Assembly: GCA_951406725.2 (NCBI GenBank)
Contig: OX597820.1
Span: 19,902,001-19,966,000 of the forward strand
DNA length: 64,000 nt
Direction: 5' to 3'
DNA from: Octopus vulgaris
Taxonomy: Eukaryota
Under the pieces are notes generated by a model that did not search any database, had not been told where the DNA came from, and saw only the letters and a program-made list of their open reading frames with translations. Positions 13,701 to 27,300 of the stretch are shown here, piece after piece. Position numbers and translations under genes: made by a program. How positions within the stretch are numbered: the first letter of the stretch is position 1; every line of letters begins with the position of its first letter.

Positions 13701-15071
13701 GAGTTACACACCCTGTCTCAGTTAGTCATGCTTGGGAATCCAGCAAGACAGGCTAATGATGGTTGCTTCTAATAGGACCCTACGGAGGAGTTGCCTGAGG
13801 ATCTTGCTCCGATTACCCTGTCAGGAGTAGTATTCAGATAGTAATAGTGGTGAAGATGGATGGACAGACAGACAGACAGACAAAAACTTGTTATTAATCA
13901 ATAATAAAAGACATACTTATTTCAGGGCAGCTGCCAATCAGTATTTTGATGTCATCTAATGCAATGCCATAGTAACCATGGTTACGAATAGCTTCAAAGT
14001 AAACCTGTGGAAACAACAACAGCAATTTATTAGAGAAAAACATCCAAAACTATTGATCAATAAGAGCTTCATATTAACGCTTTAGCATTCAGATTACTCT
14101 GTCAAATGTAAGGCTTATTTTATTCCCACTGTTTTGAATTCCTCCTCCTCCTCCTCCTCCTCATCCTCATCCTCATCACCACCACCACCACCACCACCAC
14201 TACCGCTGTCACCACCACCACTCTCCCCCACCAGCACCAGCACCACCGCTGCCGTAACCACCATTTAACGTCCGTTTTCCATGTTGGCATGGGTTGGACG
14301 GCTTAACATGAGCTGGCAAGGCCAGGGTCTGAACCAAGTTCCGTAGTCTGTTTTGCCCTAGTGGATGACCTTCTTAACGCCAACCATTTTACAGAATATA
14401 CTGGGTGCTTTCTTTGTGGCACCATTGCCAGTGATTTTTTTTATGCGACCCCATCACCAGTGCCTTTTATGTGGCACCAGCACCAGTGGTTTTTACATGC
14501 AGTAGCACCAGTGCTTTTTTGCATGGCACTAATTATCTTGTTGCTTTGAAATTTAATGATATGGCTGTTTATTTTCAGAATAGCATTATATGTTTGAATT
14601 GTATGTATGAATGACATTGTATAGATGCAGGAGTGGCTGTGTGGTAAGTAGCTTGCTTACCAACCACATGGTTCCGGGTTCAGTCCCACTGCATGGCACC
14701 TTGGGTAAGTGACTTCTACTATAGCCTCGGGCTGATCAAAGCCTTGTGAGTGGATCTGTTAGACGGAAACTGAAAGAAGCCTGTTGTATATATATGTATA
14801 TGTATATATATGTGTGTATGTGTGTCTGTGTTTGTCCCCCCCAACATCGCTTGACAACCAATGGTAGTGTGTTTACGGCCCTCGTAACTTAGTGGTTTGG
14901 CAAAAGAGACCGATAGAATAAGTACTAGGCTTACAAAGAATAAGTCCTGGGGTCGAAATTTCCTCAAGACAGCTGATGAAGGCTGGAAGGTATATCAGCT
15001 TAACAACAAACAAGATGAGGATAAATATCCGTCAAATGTAAATAATGTATATACAAAAATATATATATATT

Positions 15072-15123
<52 letters not shown>

Positions 15124-18100
15124 CATATATATACAAGATTAATCTTCTTTCAGTTTCTGTCTACCAAATCCACTCACAAGGCTTCGGTTGGCCCAAAACT
15201 TTAGTAAAAGACACTTGTCCAAGGTGCCATGCAGTGGGACTGAACCTGGAACCATTCGGTTGGGAAGTAAACTTCTTACCACAAAGCCACACCTGTGCCA
15301 ATTTATTCACATTGTTTTGAACTAATCATGCATTGTTTTATATCTCCATGTTTCCGATGGTATGAGTACTTATTTTTAGAATGACATTGTTGGATAGGTG
15401 TGAGAGGCCAGATCTGGTCAGTAAGAGCATAAAACAGGTAGAATATTTGGTCCAGATACGGCCAGTTTAAATACTTTAGGGTTAGACTTACCTTGTTTGA
15501 TTTTTCTGGGTTCGCAACATCGATAGAAGCATGCAACCAATAGTAGCCCTGTGTTCCAGATCTTGTCCATATGGGTGGTTTCTTCTCGCCATTGTTATGA
15601 ACATAGACATTCAACTGACCAAAGTTGGTAATTCTCATGTAATACCAAAATGTGATGCAGATAGGTCTTGTGATATGAATGTCAGTGCTGATAAACCTGG
15701 CTGTTCTGTTAGTGGTGCTCTGTGAGTTGTTCAGAAGAAGATAATGTCCTGAAACATAAAACATTGTTCTTCATATAATGCAGAAGCAACAACATTTGAC
15801 TACCGTAAATCCTCGAGTATAATCCGCATTTTTCCCCCAAAATTTAAAGGTCAAACTCCCTAGTGCGTACTATATACGAGGTTAAAAATGAAAAATATTT
15901 TCTAAGCAATGTCCGAGTCTCTATTTGTTGTCCGGCAATGTTTATTCAGATGCATTTTGTGATGTCGGGTGCGAAAATACCTTAAGCTAAACCTGAAAGC
16001 AATGAAGTCATAAAAGAACCATCCATAACTTACAGTAAGCAACATTTATTAAACATTTATTAAACGTTATTACTGTTATTTCTTTTTTTTCTGCAAACAA
16101 AATGCACAAAAAAGCTACACGTTTGCATTATGTTATATATACAATAATAATAAAGGACGTTACTGTATACAGTTTTACAAACCAAGGACGTTATATAGAC
16201 CTCCTAAGTTAGTGAAGGGGTGCGTATTATACACAAGGTTTAGGTTTTTCAGAGGTACAGCCCTCTAAAAATCCCCTGCGTATTATACTCAAGGGCGGAC
16301 TATACTCGAGGATTTATGGTAATTGCTTTTTATTTGTTTTCTTTTTCTTTTTCTGTTTTTTTTTTCCCTGAGGATGATGTATAGCAGTGGTTCCCAAAGT
16401 TTTTCGGGCTGCCGCCCTCCTTGACACTTGAGCCACATTCCCATCGCCCCTCCCCCACCACTCAGCACCACAAATGTAGACCACTTTCTGTAGAAAATTC
16501 AAAACAACTGTATTTCACAAATAAAACTTGACCTAATTAATCCATTGCTTTTTTGGGAGTGGGTGGGTAGGGAAGTGTGTGTGTGTGTATGGGGGGGTTT
16601 ACATCCCTGCCCTCCCCTACATTGGCCACCCCATTATTGCCCCACTTTTCTTCAACGTCTCGCTTAATGTTTCTGCCGCCCACACGGGTGGGGCAGTGCC
16701 ACCCACTTTGGGGACCACTGATGTATAGCACTGTACACACACACACACACACACACACACATGCATACGACTTAAATGCAAATATTACAATGCAGTGTTG
16801 CACCACTTGCATGCAAGCCTATAAAAAAACAGACTGCTGTTGCTGATAGTGATGATGGTGACAATGAAAATGATGATGACAATGACAACAAGGGAGATGA
16901 TGATGATGATGATGATGATGATGACGCTAATGACAATAATGATATGGTGATGATGACGATGATGATGACAACGATGACGATGATGATGACAACGATGATG
17001 ATGACAACAATGACAATGATGACAACGATGATGATGAGGCCAACGATGACGATGATGAGTATGATGATGATGACAACGATGATGGGACAATACTGATGAT
17101 TGATGACAACGATGATGATGACGATGACGACAACAATATGATGACAGCGATGCTGTAACACTGTCATAGACTATGACAATGATCATGATGAAAATGATGA
17201 CAATAATGATAATGATGATGATGACGGTGATGATGATGATGATGATGATAAGGGTGAGGATAATGATGACGATGATAATAATAATAATAATGATGATGAT
17301 GATGACAGATGAGTTAGCATCTACTGAAATGGAAATAAAAACAAGATTATTAGTCAGCACTTCTTCAGTTTGAAAGATCAGGTCATCCCATAAGTCCCGT
17401 CCGATTTTACCTTTTTTAAAATTGAATGAAATTTAAAAGTATTTTAGAATGTCTAATGAAATTAAAAATTATTTTTATGCATTTGTGTACATTTAAACTA
17501 ATTAAATATTATTTTACAGAATAATAGAATTAAAATGTCTTCCTTTCTAACATGGAAGTATCCAAAGAGCATTTGAATTCTTTATGAGTACAAAAAAGGA
17601 AACTCTGCAGCTGAAGCGACTCGAAACATACACTCAGTTTATGGGAAAGAATGCTTGAATGAAAGAACTTGCAGAAGATGGTTTGCAAAATTTAGAAGTG
17701 GAGATTTCAGCCTTGAAGATGAAGATCAAACAGGACATCCAGTTGAGTTTGATAAGCTCCTTGAGGCATTACTTGAAGAAAATCCTGCATTATCAGTTGA
17801 GGAATTGGCAATAAAGCTTAGTTCAAACCATACAACTGTTCATTGTCATCTTCAACAACTTGGAAAGGTTCCTAAACTTGGAAAATGGGTGCCTTATGAA
17901 TTGTCAGAAAGCAAATCTCAAGTTGGCATGTGCTCTTCTCTCCATTCTCATGAACTCATTTCACCCTTTTTGGATAGACTTGTAACTGGTGATGAAAAAT
18001 GGATCTTCTATCGAAATGTTAAATGTCGTAAATAGTGGCTTGGTAAAAGGGAAAAAATTCATCTACAACCAAGAAGGGAACTTCATGGGAAAACGGTTCT

Positions 18101-20870
18101 TCTCTCTATCTGATTGTAAAGGAGTAATTCACTTTAAATTGTTACCACCTAATGCAACAATCAATGCTCAAGTCTACTGTCAGCAATTAGAGCTGACAAT
18201 GCGTGACCCCACACTGCAAAGATCACATCACAGAAGATCGAAGAGCTTGGTTGGGAAAAAATTCCCAATCCACCTTATTCTCCTGACCTTGCTCCTTCAG
18301 ACTACCATTTGTTTCGTAGTTTACAGAATCATTTGGGGGACATAACTTTCGCAAGCCAGGAGGAGGTCGAAACTGACATTTAAGAGTTCTTCGCTTTGAA
18401 ACCAAAAGAGTTTTATATTGATGGGATTAAAAAGCTTGTAAATAGATGGAAGGAAGTTATAGATAATCAGGGAAAGTACATTGATGATTAAATTTCAATT
18501 AAATATAACATTTGATCACTTGCTTTCTTTATTCAAAATTCAGACAAAACTTATGGGATGACTTGATATAAGAAATAAAGCTAATAAAATAATATTTGTC
18601 AATAGTCTTACCAAAATGATTGCCTAGCGTGTGATCACTGCGGGGTCCACCTCTCTTGTAGATAAATACTCCATAACTGATCATAAATTCAGCATTTGTT
18701 GTGGAATCTATCTGCCAACCACACAAACCATATTCGAAAGTGCACTGGAAGAAGATATCTGAACAAAGAAAGCACCAAATATGGTTATCAGTAAAAAAAA
18801 ACAAAACATTATTTTATTGTATAGTAATATATATAAAGTTTTGTGCCCTTGCTAGTTGAGACAACTATATGAATGGTGCTTTTTATGTGCCACTGGCATG
18901 GGAGCCAGTCAGGTGGCACTGGAATTGACCATGCTCGAATGGTGCTTTTTACGTGCCACTGGCATTGACCACATATAAAATTGTGTGCCCTTGCTTGTTG
19001 AGACAACTATAAGCAGCAACTATATGTGTTGGTGAGAGAAAAGGCATCCAGCCAAAACAAAAAAATACTGCCTAAGAAAATAAAGAACAAGACAACAAAA
19101 ACTGTTCAACTCATGCTAGCATGGAAAAGCAGCAGTAGAACATGGATGAAGGTGCTGTTGCAGCTTGATGATAATTATGATACATATAAATGATTACTAG
19201 TGGAGGCGCAATGGCCCAGTGGTTAGGGCAGCGAACTCGCAGTCATAGAATCGCGGTTTCGATTCCCAGACCGGGCATTGTGAGTGTTTATTGAGCAAAA
19301 ACACCTAAAGCTCCACAAGGCTCTGGCAGGGGGTGGTGGCGATCCCTGCTGTACTCTTTCGCCACAACTTTCTCTCACTCTTTCTTCTGTTGGTCTGCTC
19401 ACTTAGCCAGTAGGGTGGCATTATTTGAAGGTTAAAAACAATGCGAAGTGCATTGTGACCAGCGATGTGTAGCAACATCTGATAGCCTGGTCAGTCACGG
19501 TAATCAAGGTGATAAATGATTACTATATATAAACACTACAATGCTAAAATGTTGATTAATTATCTCTGATGCATGGCAGTGGGGTAAGAAATTTGCTTCT
19601 CGATCACATGGTTCTGGGTTCAGTCCCACTCCATGGCACCTTGGGCAGGTGTCTTCTACTATATCCTCAGGCTGACCAAAGCCGAGTGAGTGAAATTTGG
19701 TGAACGGAAACTGAAAGAAGCCTGTCACATATCTTTTATCTTTTACTTGTTTCAGTCATTAGACTGTGGCCATGCTGGGACACAGCCATGAGGAATTTTT
19801 AGTCAAACTAACCAATCCCAGGACTTATTCTTTTGTTAATCCTGGTACTTATTCTATCGTTCTTCTTTGCCAGACCTCTGTTGGTGTGTTTATATCCCCA
19901 TAGCTTAACAGTTTAGCAAAAGAGACCAATCAAGTAAGCACCAGGCTTAGCAAAACAATTAAGTACTCTGGTACTTAATTTTTTTTTTTGATAAGCCTTG
20001 TACTTAAACCAGGGGTTGGTTCATTCAACTAAAAATTATTCAAGGCAGTGCCCCAGCATGGTCGCAGTCTAATGACTGAAACAGTCAAAGGATAAAAGAC
20101 TGCACTTATGACAATGCTGACAATTAGAGAATGATGTCAACTGTGTTATTATATTCTTTGGTAAAGCAGTCCCTTTAGGAAAAGGGCCGGGAAAGAACTT
20201 ACGTTAATGAAGGGAATGAGGTGATTTGCCACAGCTGCTTGTAAGCTGAGGATTTAGCATGGCTTACTGGACATTGAGCTTCTCTTGAGGACAGTAGTTT
20301 TTAATATCTGAGGCAAAATACACACACATTCACACATATACACACACATGCATACACACAAATATATATATATTTTTTTATGGCTGCCCCCTCGTTATCG
20401 AGTATGGCCATTGCACGAAGCTTCACTGTTACTGGTGCTGTGATCGAATGTGACTTTTTAGCCCAGCTAAAGATCTACAATGTCTTGTACAAAATTGGCA
20501 ACTAAAACCTTTACTGGTAATAGCCGGCTGTAGTTGTAACTGGGCTTCATGTACCTTTGCATGTCGTTTAAGTCCTCCTGCCGAATTACACTCTCTTCCA
20601 CATGCCCGACAGATATGATTAGTATGGTGTGTTACACCACCACCAGTGGCCAGGTTGTCACTCATCTGTCTCGTTTTATGACTACGAAGATGACTCATGA
20701 GTCCAGCTTTACTGAGGCAGGGTCTTGCACAGACATTGCATGTCAGAATCAAAGGAAGACCCTTCCCTTCTGGAAGTGTAACAGCGATGCCCTTACTGAC
20801 ATCCCTCCTTACTTTCTCATACACATGCATGCACACACATACACACATGCATGTAAAAATATACACATAT

Positions 20871-20917
<47 letters not shown>

Positions 20918-21643
20918 GGAGATGTACTCGCATAGCAAGTGATTTGATCTGAGATCGTGTGCTGAAACGAAAACAATTGCAGCGTGGAAGGTGTTTGTAA
21001 GCCATTTAAGAAACACACAAAAGTCGTTTGATTCACTTCAACATTTAAGTTTAATTTGTCAAAATATTTTCATCGCTAAAATCCGCGACCTGTTCACTGA
21101 CAAAAATCCGTGCTGCAGCACGGATTTTGACAAATTAAACTTAGATGTTGAAGTGAATCGAACGGCTTTTGTGTGTTTCTTAAATGGCTTACAAACACCT
21201 TCCATGCTGCAATTGTATATATATATATATATAAAATACAAAATGGGACAAGAACGCAAAACATCCGGACAGTTAGGTGATACAAAAAGGGACAACAAAA
21301 CATCCAGATAGACGATACAAAAAAAACAAGGACAGGTCATTCGAAGCCTTTTATCCTCAGTCAAGAACTGGATCATCCTCACAATTTCGGTTGATTAATC
21401 TTGAGATTGCTCCAATCTGGCCAGCCCCAAGGAAAAACTAAGCTAAGAGCATTAGATTCCTTGGAAAAAAGCATCGAATGTATACAAAAATAAGGATGGA
21501 AAAACAGACGATGTTACACGAATATAAATACAAAAGTACAATAAAAATAAAAATAATAACAGGACATAACAACAGGCGTCTTTCGACTGGGGATGAATTG
21601 AATTCAGCTGGCGTGTGTGGAAATGAAGCCTTATGGCAGAGGG

Positions 21644-21729
<86 letters not shown>

Positions 21730-24104
21730 GCAGCATGGAAGCTGTTTATAAGCCATTTAAGAAACACACAAAAACCGTTAGATTCACTTCAACATTTAAA
21801 TTTAATTTACCAAAATATTTTCATTGCTTTGAGACCAGAATTTTGTCAGTGAACAGGTCGTGGTCTCAAAGCAACAAAAATATTTTGTGATGTGATGTGT
21901 TGTGTGGTATGGTGTAGTGTGGTGTGATGGTGTTGGGAGGTGGGGGAGGTGAGAGTGGGGAAAGCACAGGTGGGGGTGTGGGTTATATATATACATATAT
22001 ATACATACATATATATATATAGAAAGAGAGAGAAAGAGTGAGAGAGAGAGAGAGGTGGGGAGAGAGAAAATAAGAAAAATATTAAAACATCTGATGTCAA
22101 ATAAGTCAGCATCAAACCAGCAATACCAAATAGGCAGTACCAAAAATGGCTGTGCCAAGAAAACCCTGTGCCAAAACGTCTCCTACCCATGAGTCAAAGA
22201 ATTAGATATGGAAATAATGATCTTCTGGGTACTTACTACAAACATTAAGTACACTAAGTACATAAAGTAAATTCTTTTAGTGTTTTACAACAACTCACCT
22301 CTTTTAACTGGTGCCACAGTTGTAGTTGGTACTGTAACTATTGACTCACATGTTCCATTCTGGAACCTAATGTCATCCAATGCAATATCACTGGTATACG
22401 TCTTGCCCCGAACTCCTTCAAATATGATTACATACGTTGTTGGTGATATGATTGTGAAGTTGCCAAGTAGCCAGATGTTACCTTGGTTTCCACTTAGATG
22501 CCAAATTGTCCTGTTTGATTGACTGTTCTTATAGAAGACATTCAGGTCTCCCATACCTTAAATACCAAAGAGAAAAAAAATAAGTAGAAAAGAAAGAAAA
22601 GAAAAAGAAATATGATAAGAATGACAGTTTATCACAGTTAACAGGAAGCTGAAAGGGTAAACTTGGGTTGCTACACCTGACAGAAAAAGCTGGCCTCCGT
22701 GCCAGTGGCACGTAAAAAGCAGCATCCGATCGTGGCCGCTTGCCAGCCTCGTCTAGGATGTAAAAAGCACCCACTACACTCACGGAGTGGTTGGCATTAG
22801 GAAGGGCATCCAGCCGTAGAAACATTGCCAGATCAGACTGGGCCTGGTGCAGCCTTCTGGCTTCCCAGACCCCAGTTGAACCGTCCAACCCATGCTAGCA
22901 TGGAAAGCGGACGCTAAACGATGATGATGATTAAATGAAATACACTGGCTTTATTTGAATTAATTAATTTTGACAAATGTTGCCTCTCACAATATAGAAA
23001 CATTTCTCATGGCGCCAGCAGACAAAATGGAAAAGGCATTGTCCTGGAGTATGGTGAAGGAGATAATAATAATAATAATAATAATTGTGTACAGTGCTCA
23101 GGTGCACTACAACTCATCTAAAGTGTATATATAATCAGGTGTAGTTTCGGCGGATTTCGGAAAGCATGAGGGCCTTAAAAGATGCAGTGTCATGGCAGTC
23201 AACAACTGATGCAGGCAGTTTATTCCATGCTTCAGCAACTCTGAGCGTGAAAAAATGTTTCCGAAAGTCATGGGAGCTGTATTGTTTTCTGACTTTGTAG
23301 GCATGTCCACGTGTGTTAGACACATGGAGATCAAAAAGGTGTTCAGTGTTGTTGTTGGTGAGGTGGTTGATAACTTTGTGGGTGTTTACCAAGTCCGTCG
23401 CCAAACGCCGGAGCTTCAGTGAATCCATGCCCAGGGAAACAAGGCGCTCAGAATATGTTCCAGAATATGTGCTGGAACAACCCCTCTGACTCACAGGACT
23501 CACACTTGCAGATAGCCATCTCTGCCCTAATAGCAATGAACATGGATATGGTCTGGGGGCTGAGGACTCTGGAGGCTTGACCATAAACCTGTCTGAGAGT
23601 GACTGATACCTTGACAGTTTAAATAGTTAAAAAAACTAAACATCATACCAAGAAAAACACAAGCAGGTATTGTCACAATAATCCTTCTTTCTGTGGGCCT
23701 TCAACTTCTGATGGGGTCACTGGGTGCTGTTATGTTATAGGGTACATTTTGGGTATTTTAATCCTTGTTGGGCCCATCCCTCTCTATGACCACCCACAGC
23801 TAATTCTTCCAGAGAAATTGAAGAGTCAACATTAGTGATGGATCTTTACCATTTATCTTTTACTTGTTTAAATCCCTGAACTGTGGTCATGCTGGGGCAA
23901 CCCACTTGAAAGGTTTTGGAAAATAAACTGCCACCAGTACTTATGTTTCTTTTAAAGTTGGTACTCATAGCCTCGGGCCGACCAAAGCCTTGTGAGTGGA
24001 TTTGGTAGATGGAAACTGGAAGAAGCCTGTCGTATATATGTATATATGTATATATGTATATATGTATATATATATTATATAAATATATACATATATACAT
24101 ATAC

Positions 24105-24136
<32 letters not shown>

Positions 24137-24331
24137 GTATATGTTTGTATGTCTCTGCTTGTCCCTCCAACATCGCTTGACAACCAATGCTGTTGTGTTT
24201 ATGTCCCCGTAACTTAGTGGTTCGGCAAAAAGAGACCAATAGAATAAGTCCTGGGGTCGATTTGCTCGACTAAAGGTGGTGCTCCAGTATGGCCGCAGTC
24301 AAATGACTGAAACAAGTAAAAGAATAAAAGA

Positions 24332-24389
<58 letters not shown>

Positions 24390-27300
24390 CTGTGTGTGTG
24401 TGTATAGTTTTACATACCTTTTCCATACATATGATACCAGAAAGATACACATGTTGCATTAGTTGGCTCATTTTCCCAGCTACTAAGCCAAGCCCTGTCA
24501 TTCTCATTTCGATTAAATCGTGTATCAATGTACATATAATGACCTGAAATAAACCAGATAAAAATAATATATGATAATACATTTGTTTTGTACTGGGAAT
24601 TCATGCCAACTCTGAAGAGTGCAGGGTTACATAATTGAGCAGTTACCTAACATCCTGTTGAACCGCTAGTGCAAAACTGATAGGTAAGATCAACCACAAT
24701 GGATATATAATACTATACATTTTGATAACATATAAATACAATATTTCATATCTAATTATTATGCTGTAAGATATATATAAAAATTCCCAATCTTCTACAT
24801 CTATTACTCTATATTACTAACAGTCTTTCTGTATTTTTCTCCTCATTGTTGGCATTTACATTATCATAAATGGTAAGATGAAATCAAAGTTACTGGATAT
24901 AAGGGAAATAGCTAATACCAGGGAATAGAACCATTGTTACAAAATCTAACAATTATTAGTGACAAAAGCAGTTTTAATACCAAAAAGGCAATCTTTATAT
25001 CTGACTTAATGTGGATGTTCTCTTAGAATACTGTTTACTATGGTATTCACCTTGAGAGGACCTCTGATATGGCTGCATGGTGCATTAAAGCACACACGTA
25101 TATATCGTTGGCAGACAAGAATTGTCGGCTATGGGTGCCAGAATTGCTGGATCATGTGATTTTGACATACTGTGACTCCTCAGTGTCAGTCATCTGCTAG
25201 CTACATACCAGCCAAATCTCTCTGTCAATGATATATTAAATTTCAGTGACTTCACTGGCTCTGATGTCACAAATAGCTAGCAGGTTCATTAACTAGCAAT
25301 GATTAGAAATAGAAGCAGCACTAATAGCAAATGGTATTACAATATCCAATCACCAGCAGAGCTTATATTCAACTGTGTTCTACTGTGCCACTATCATTAT
25401 AATGGGTGTAATTAATATTTTTCCATAGAGGTAAAATACCTGTGTTCTCACACACACACAGAGGTCGAAGAAAATTTCAACAAAGTAAATGGAACTTTGA
25501 CCCAACTCAACAATCCAAGAGGTTCTGAAGAGAAAAATTAAATAAAGTCACACCCACACACACACAGACATTCTCTCTCTCTTTCACACACACACGTGTG
25601 CACACACACACGTGCGCACACACACACACACATGTACACACACAAACACATGCACACTCTCTGCCTCTCTCTCTTTCACACACACACATACACGCACACA
25701 CACACACTCTCCCTACACAAATACACACATTCTTTCACACTCTCTTTCATACAGACACACATATTCACACACACTCTCTCTCATACACACATGCACTCTC
25801 TTTCATACACACATGCACACTCTCTCTCTCACACACACAGAGAGGGGAGGGAACAATAGGCAGGTGTATTAGTTTGACGCTCAAGAAGAATGGAAAAGTC
25901 TTTCATGTTTCGGGCCTACACTCTTTTTACAGAGGGAAGTGTAGTGGGAATATATGTTCAGTATCAAGTACTGATATGTCAGCATGTATATTATTAGCAA
26001 CAATATAAATGGCTCTAACTCTAATCGACTAAGAAGCAAAGATCAGGGTTAGCAAGCTGTTTTTATTAACGGAACGCTTGACATTCTAGAAACTTCCAAG
26101 AAAAATGCTAAGCTTCTTGAATAATTAAGAATTATGTCTCATGACACAGATGCTTCGAGAAACTTAGCAAAGGGAGGTTGCTCTATAAACCTTCATGCAT
26201 GATATATCATTCAACTATTTTGCTACAGACTACTACAGGAGAAAATATAGCTCGTTTAAAGAACTTGTTTTTTGAAAACTAAAATCTAAATACTGAGATC
26301 ACATTCAACAAGATTACAAGTTAACAACAGCAATTTATAATTAATATTTGAGATAATTGTTAAAGATAAAATGGATAATTAAAAGGAGAACAAAAAATTC
26401 CTGCACAACTTACCTGAAGGAGAATTTGTGGTGTGATCTTCTGTAGGCCCTGAAACAAAACTCTGTTTGGAACCACTGAATACAATCCAATCAAAATCGT
26501 CCCCATACACATTGGTGAAACCACACATCCCCTGCTCAAAATCACACAAGCCCTGTGGATCACAGGGGCCTGGCAGGTGTTCTATGTCATCCACAGCAAT
26601 GATTTCTGAATGACCACCGTCTTGCACACTTTGGAATGTCAGCTGAAACAAGAGGAACAAAAACTCGTTTTGGAGATTGTTATGAAAGAATATCTACTTT
26701 ACTGCACCATTTGTCCCTTTCTAGTGATCCCAGTGACCCAGTGAATTCCACCACCCATTTTGTAATGCTACACCTGGAGTTGCTCTCCTTAAAAAAACTG
26801 TCACAAAAGCAACATCTGTTGTAATAAATATTGATTTCAAATTCTGGTACAATTTTGGCCAGCGATTTTGGGAGAGGGGTTAAGTCGATTATGCTGACCC
26901 CAGTGTTCAACTGGTACTTATTTTATCGAACTCTGAAAGGACGAAAGGCAAAGCTGATCCTGGCAGAATTTGAACTCGGAACATAAAGATGGATGAAATG
27001 CTGCTCAGCAGTTTGCCCAGAGTGCTAACAATTCTGACAGCTCACTGCCTTTGCTGCCTGAAATATCAATTGGTTAAACCCTAAAACAAGAGAACCTTCC
27101 AGCAAGGCTGTAAAGTTATGATTTTATATTTCTTTCATTGGAAGTTTTTTGTCAAACTATTTTAATTACTTTGTGTCTGAAGGTTCTTGTTAATTTACTT
27201 CCATCAAGGCTAGTGTAGTTCAAGGTTTGGTTATCACACTAATAAAGTTCCTTTTTCTGTTTGCCTCTTGTTTCCTTTTACTGAGCACATACCCTCCTAT

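Noticed and set aside
16772-17373. Poly-D/M/I/H/S ORFs (also 48798-49339) and HT/CV/YI ORFs throughout
   Set aside because: These are translations of microsatellites.
20203-20307. 105-nt segment with a good acceptor and GTAAG donor on the minus strand
   Set aside because: It has stops in all three frames and no MAM similarity; at most a cryptic or poison exon, without transcript support.
20429-21016. Stand-alone host C2H2 zinc-finger gene
   Set aside because: The upstream part of the ORF is microsatellite and repeat, and a second decayed copy with the same 3' tail indicates a retroelement fragment.
21240-21650. CTGAGGA...GAAT and stem-GAAA motifs on the minus strand
   Set aside because: The core boxes do not assemble into a valid hammerhead; probably a repeat remnant.
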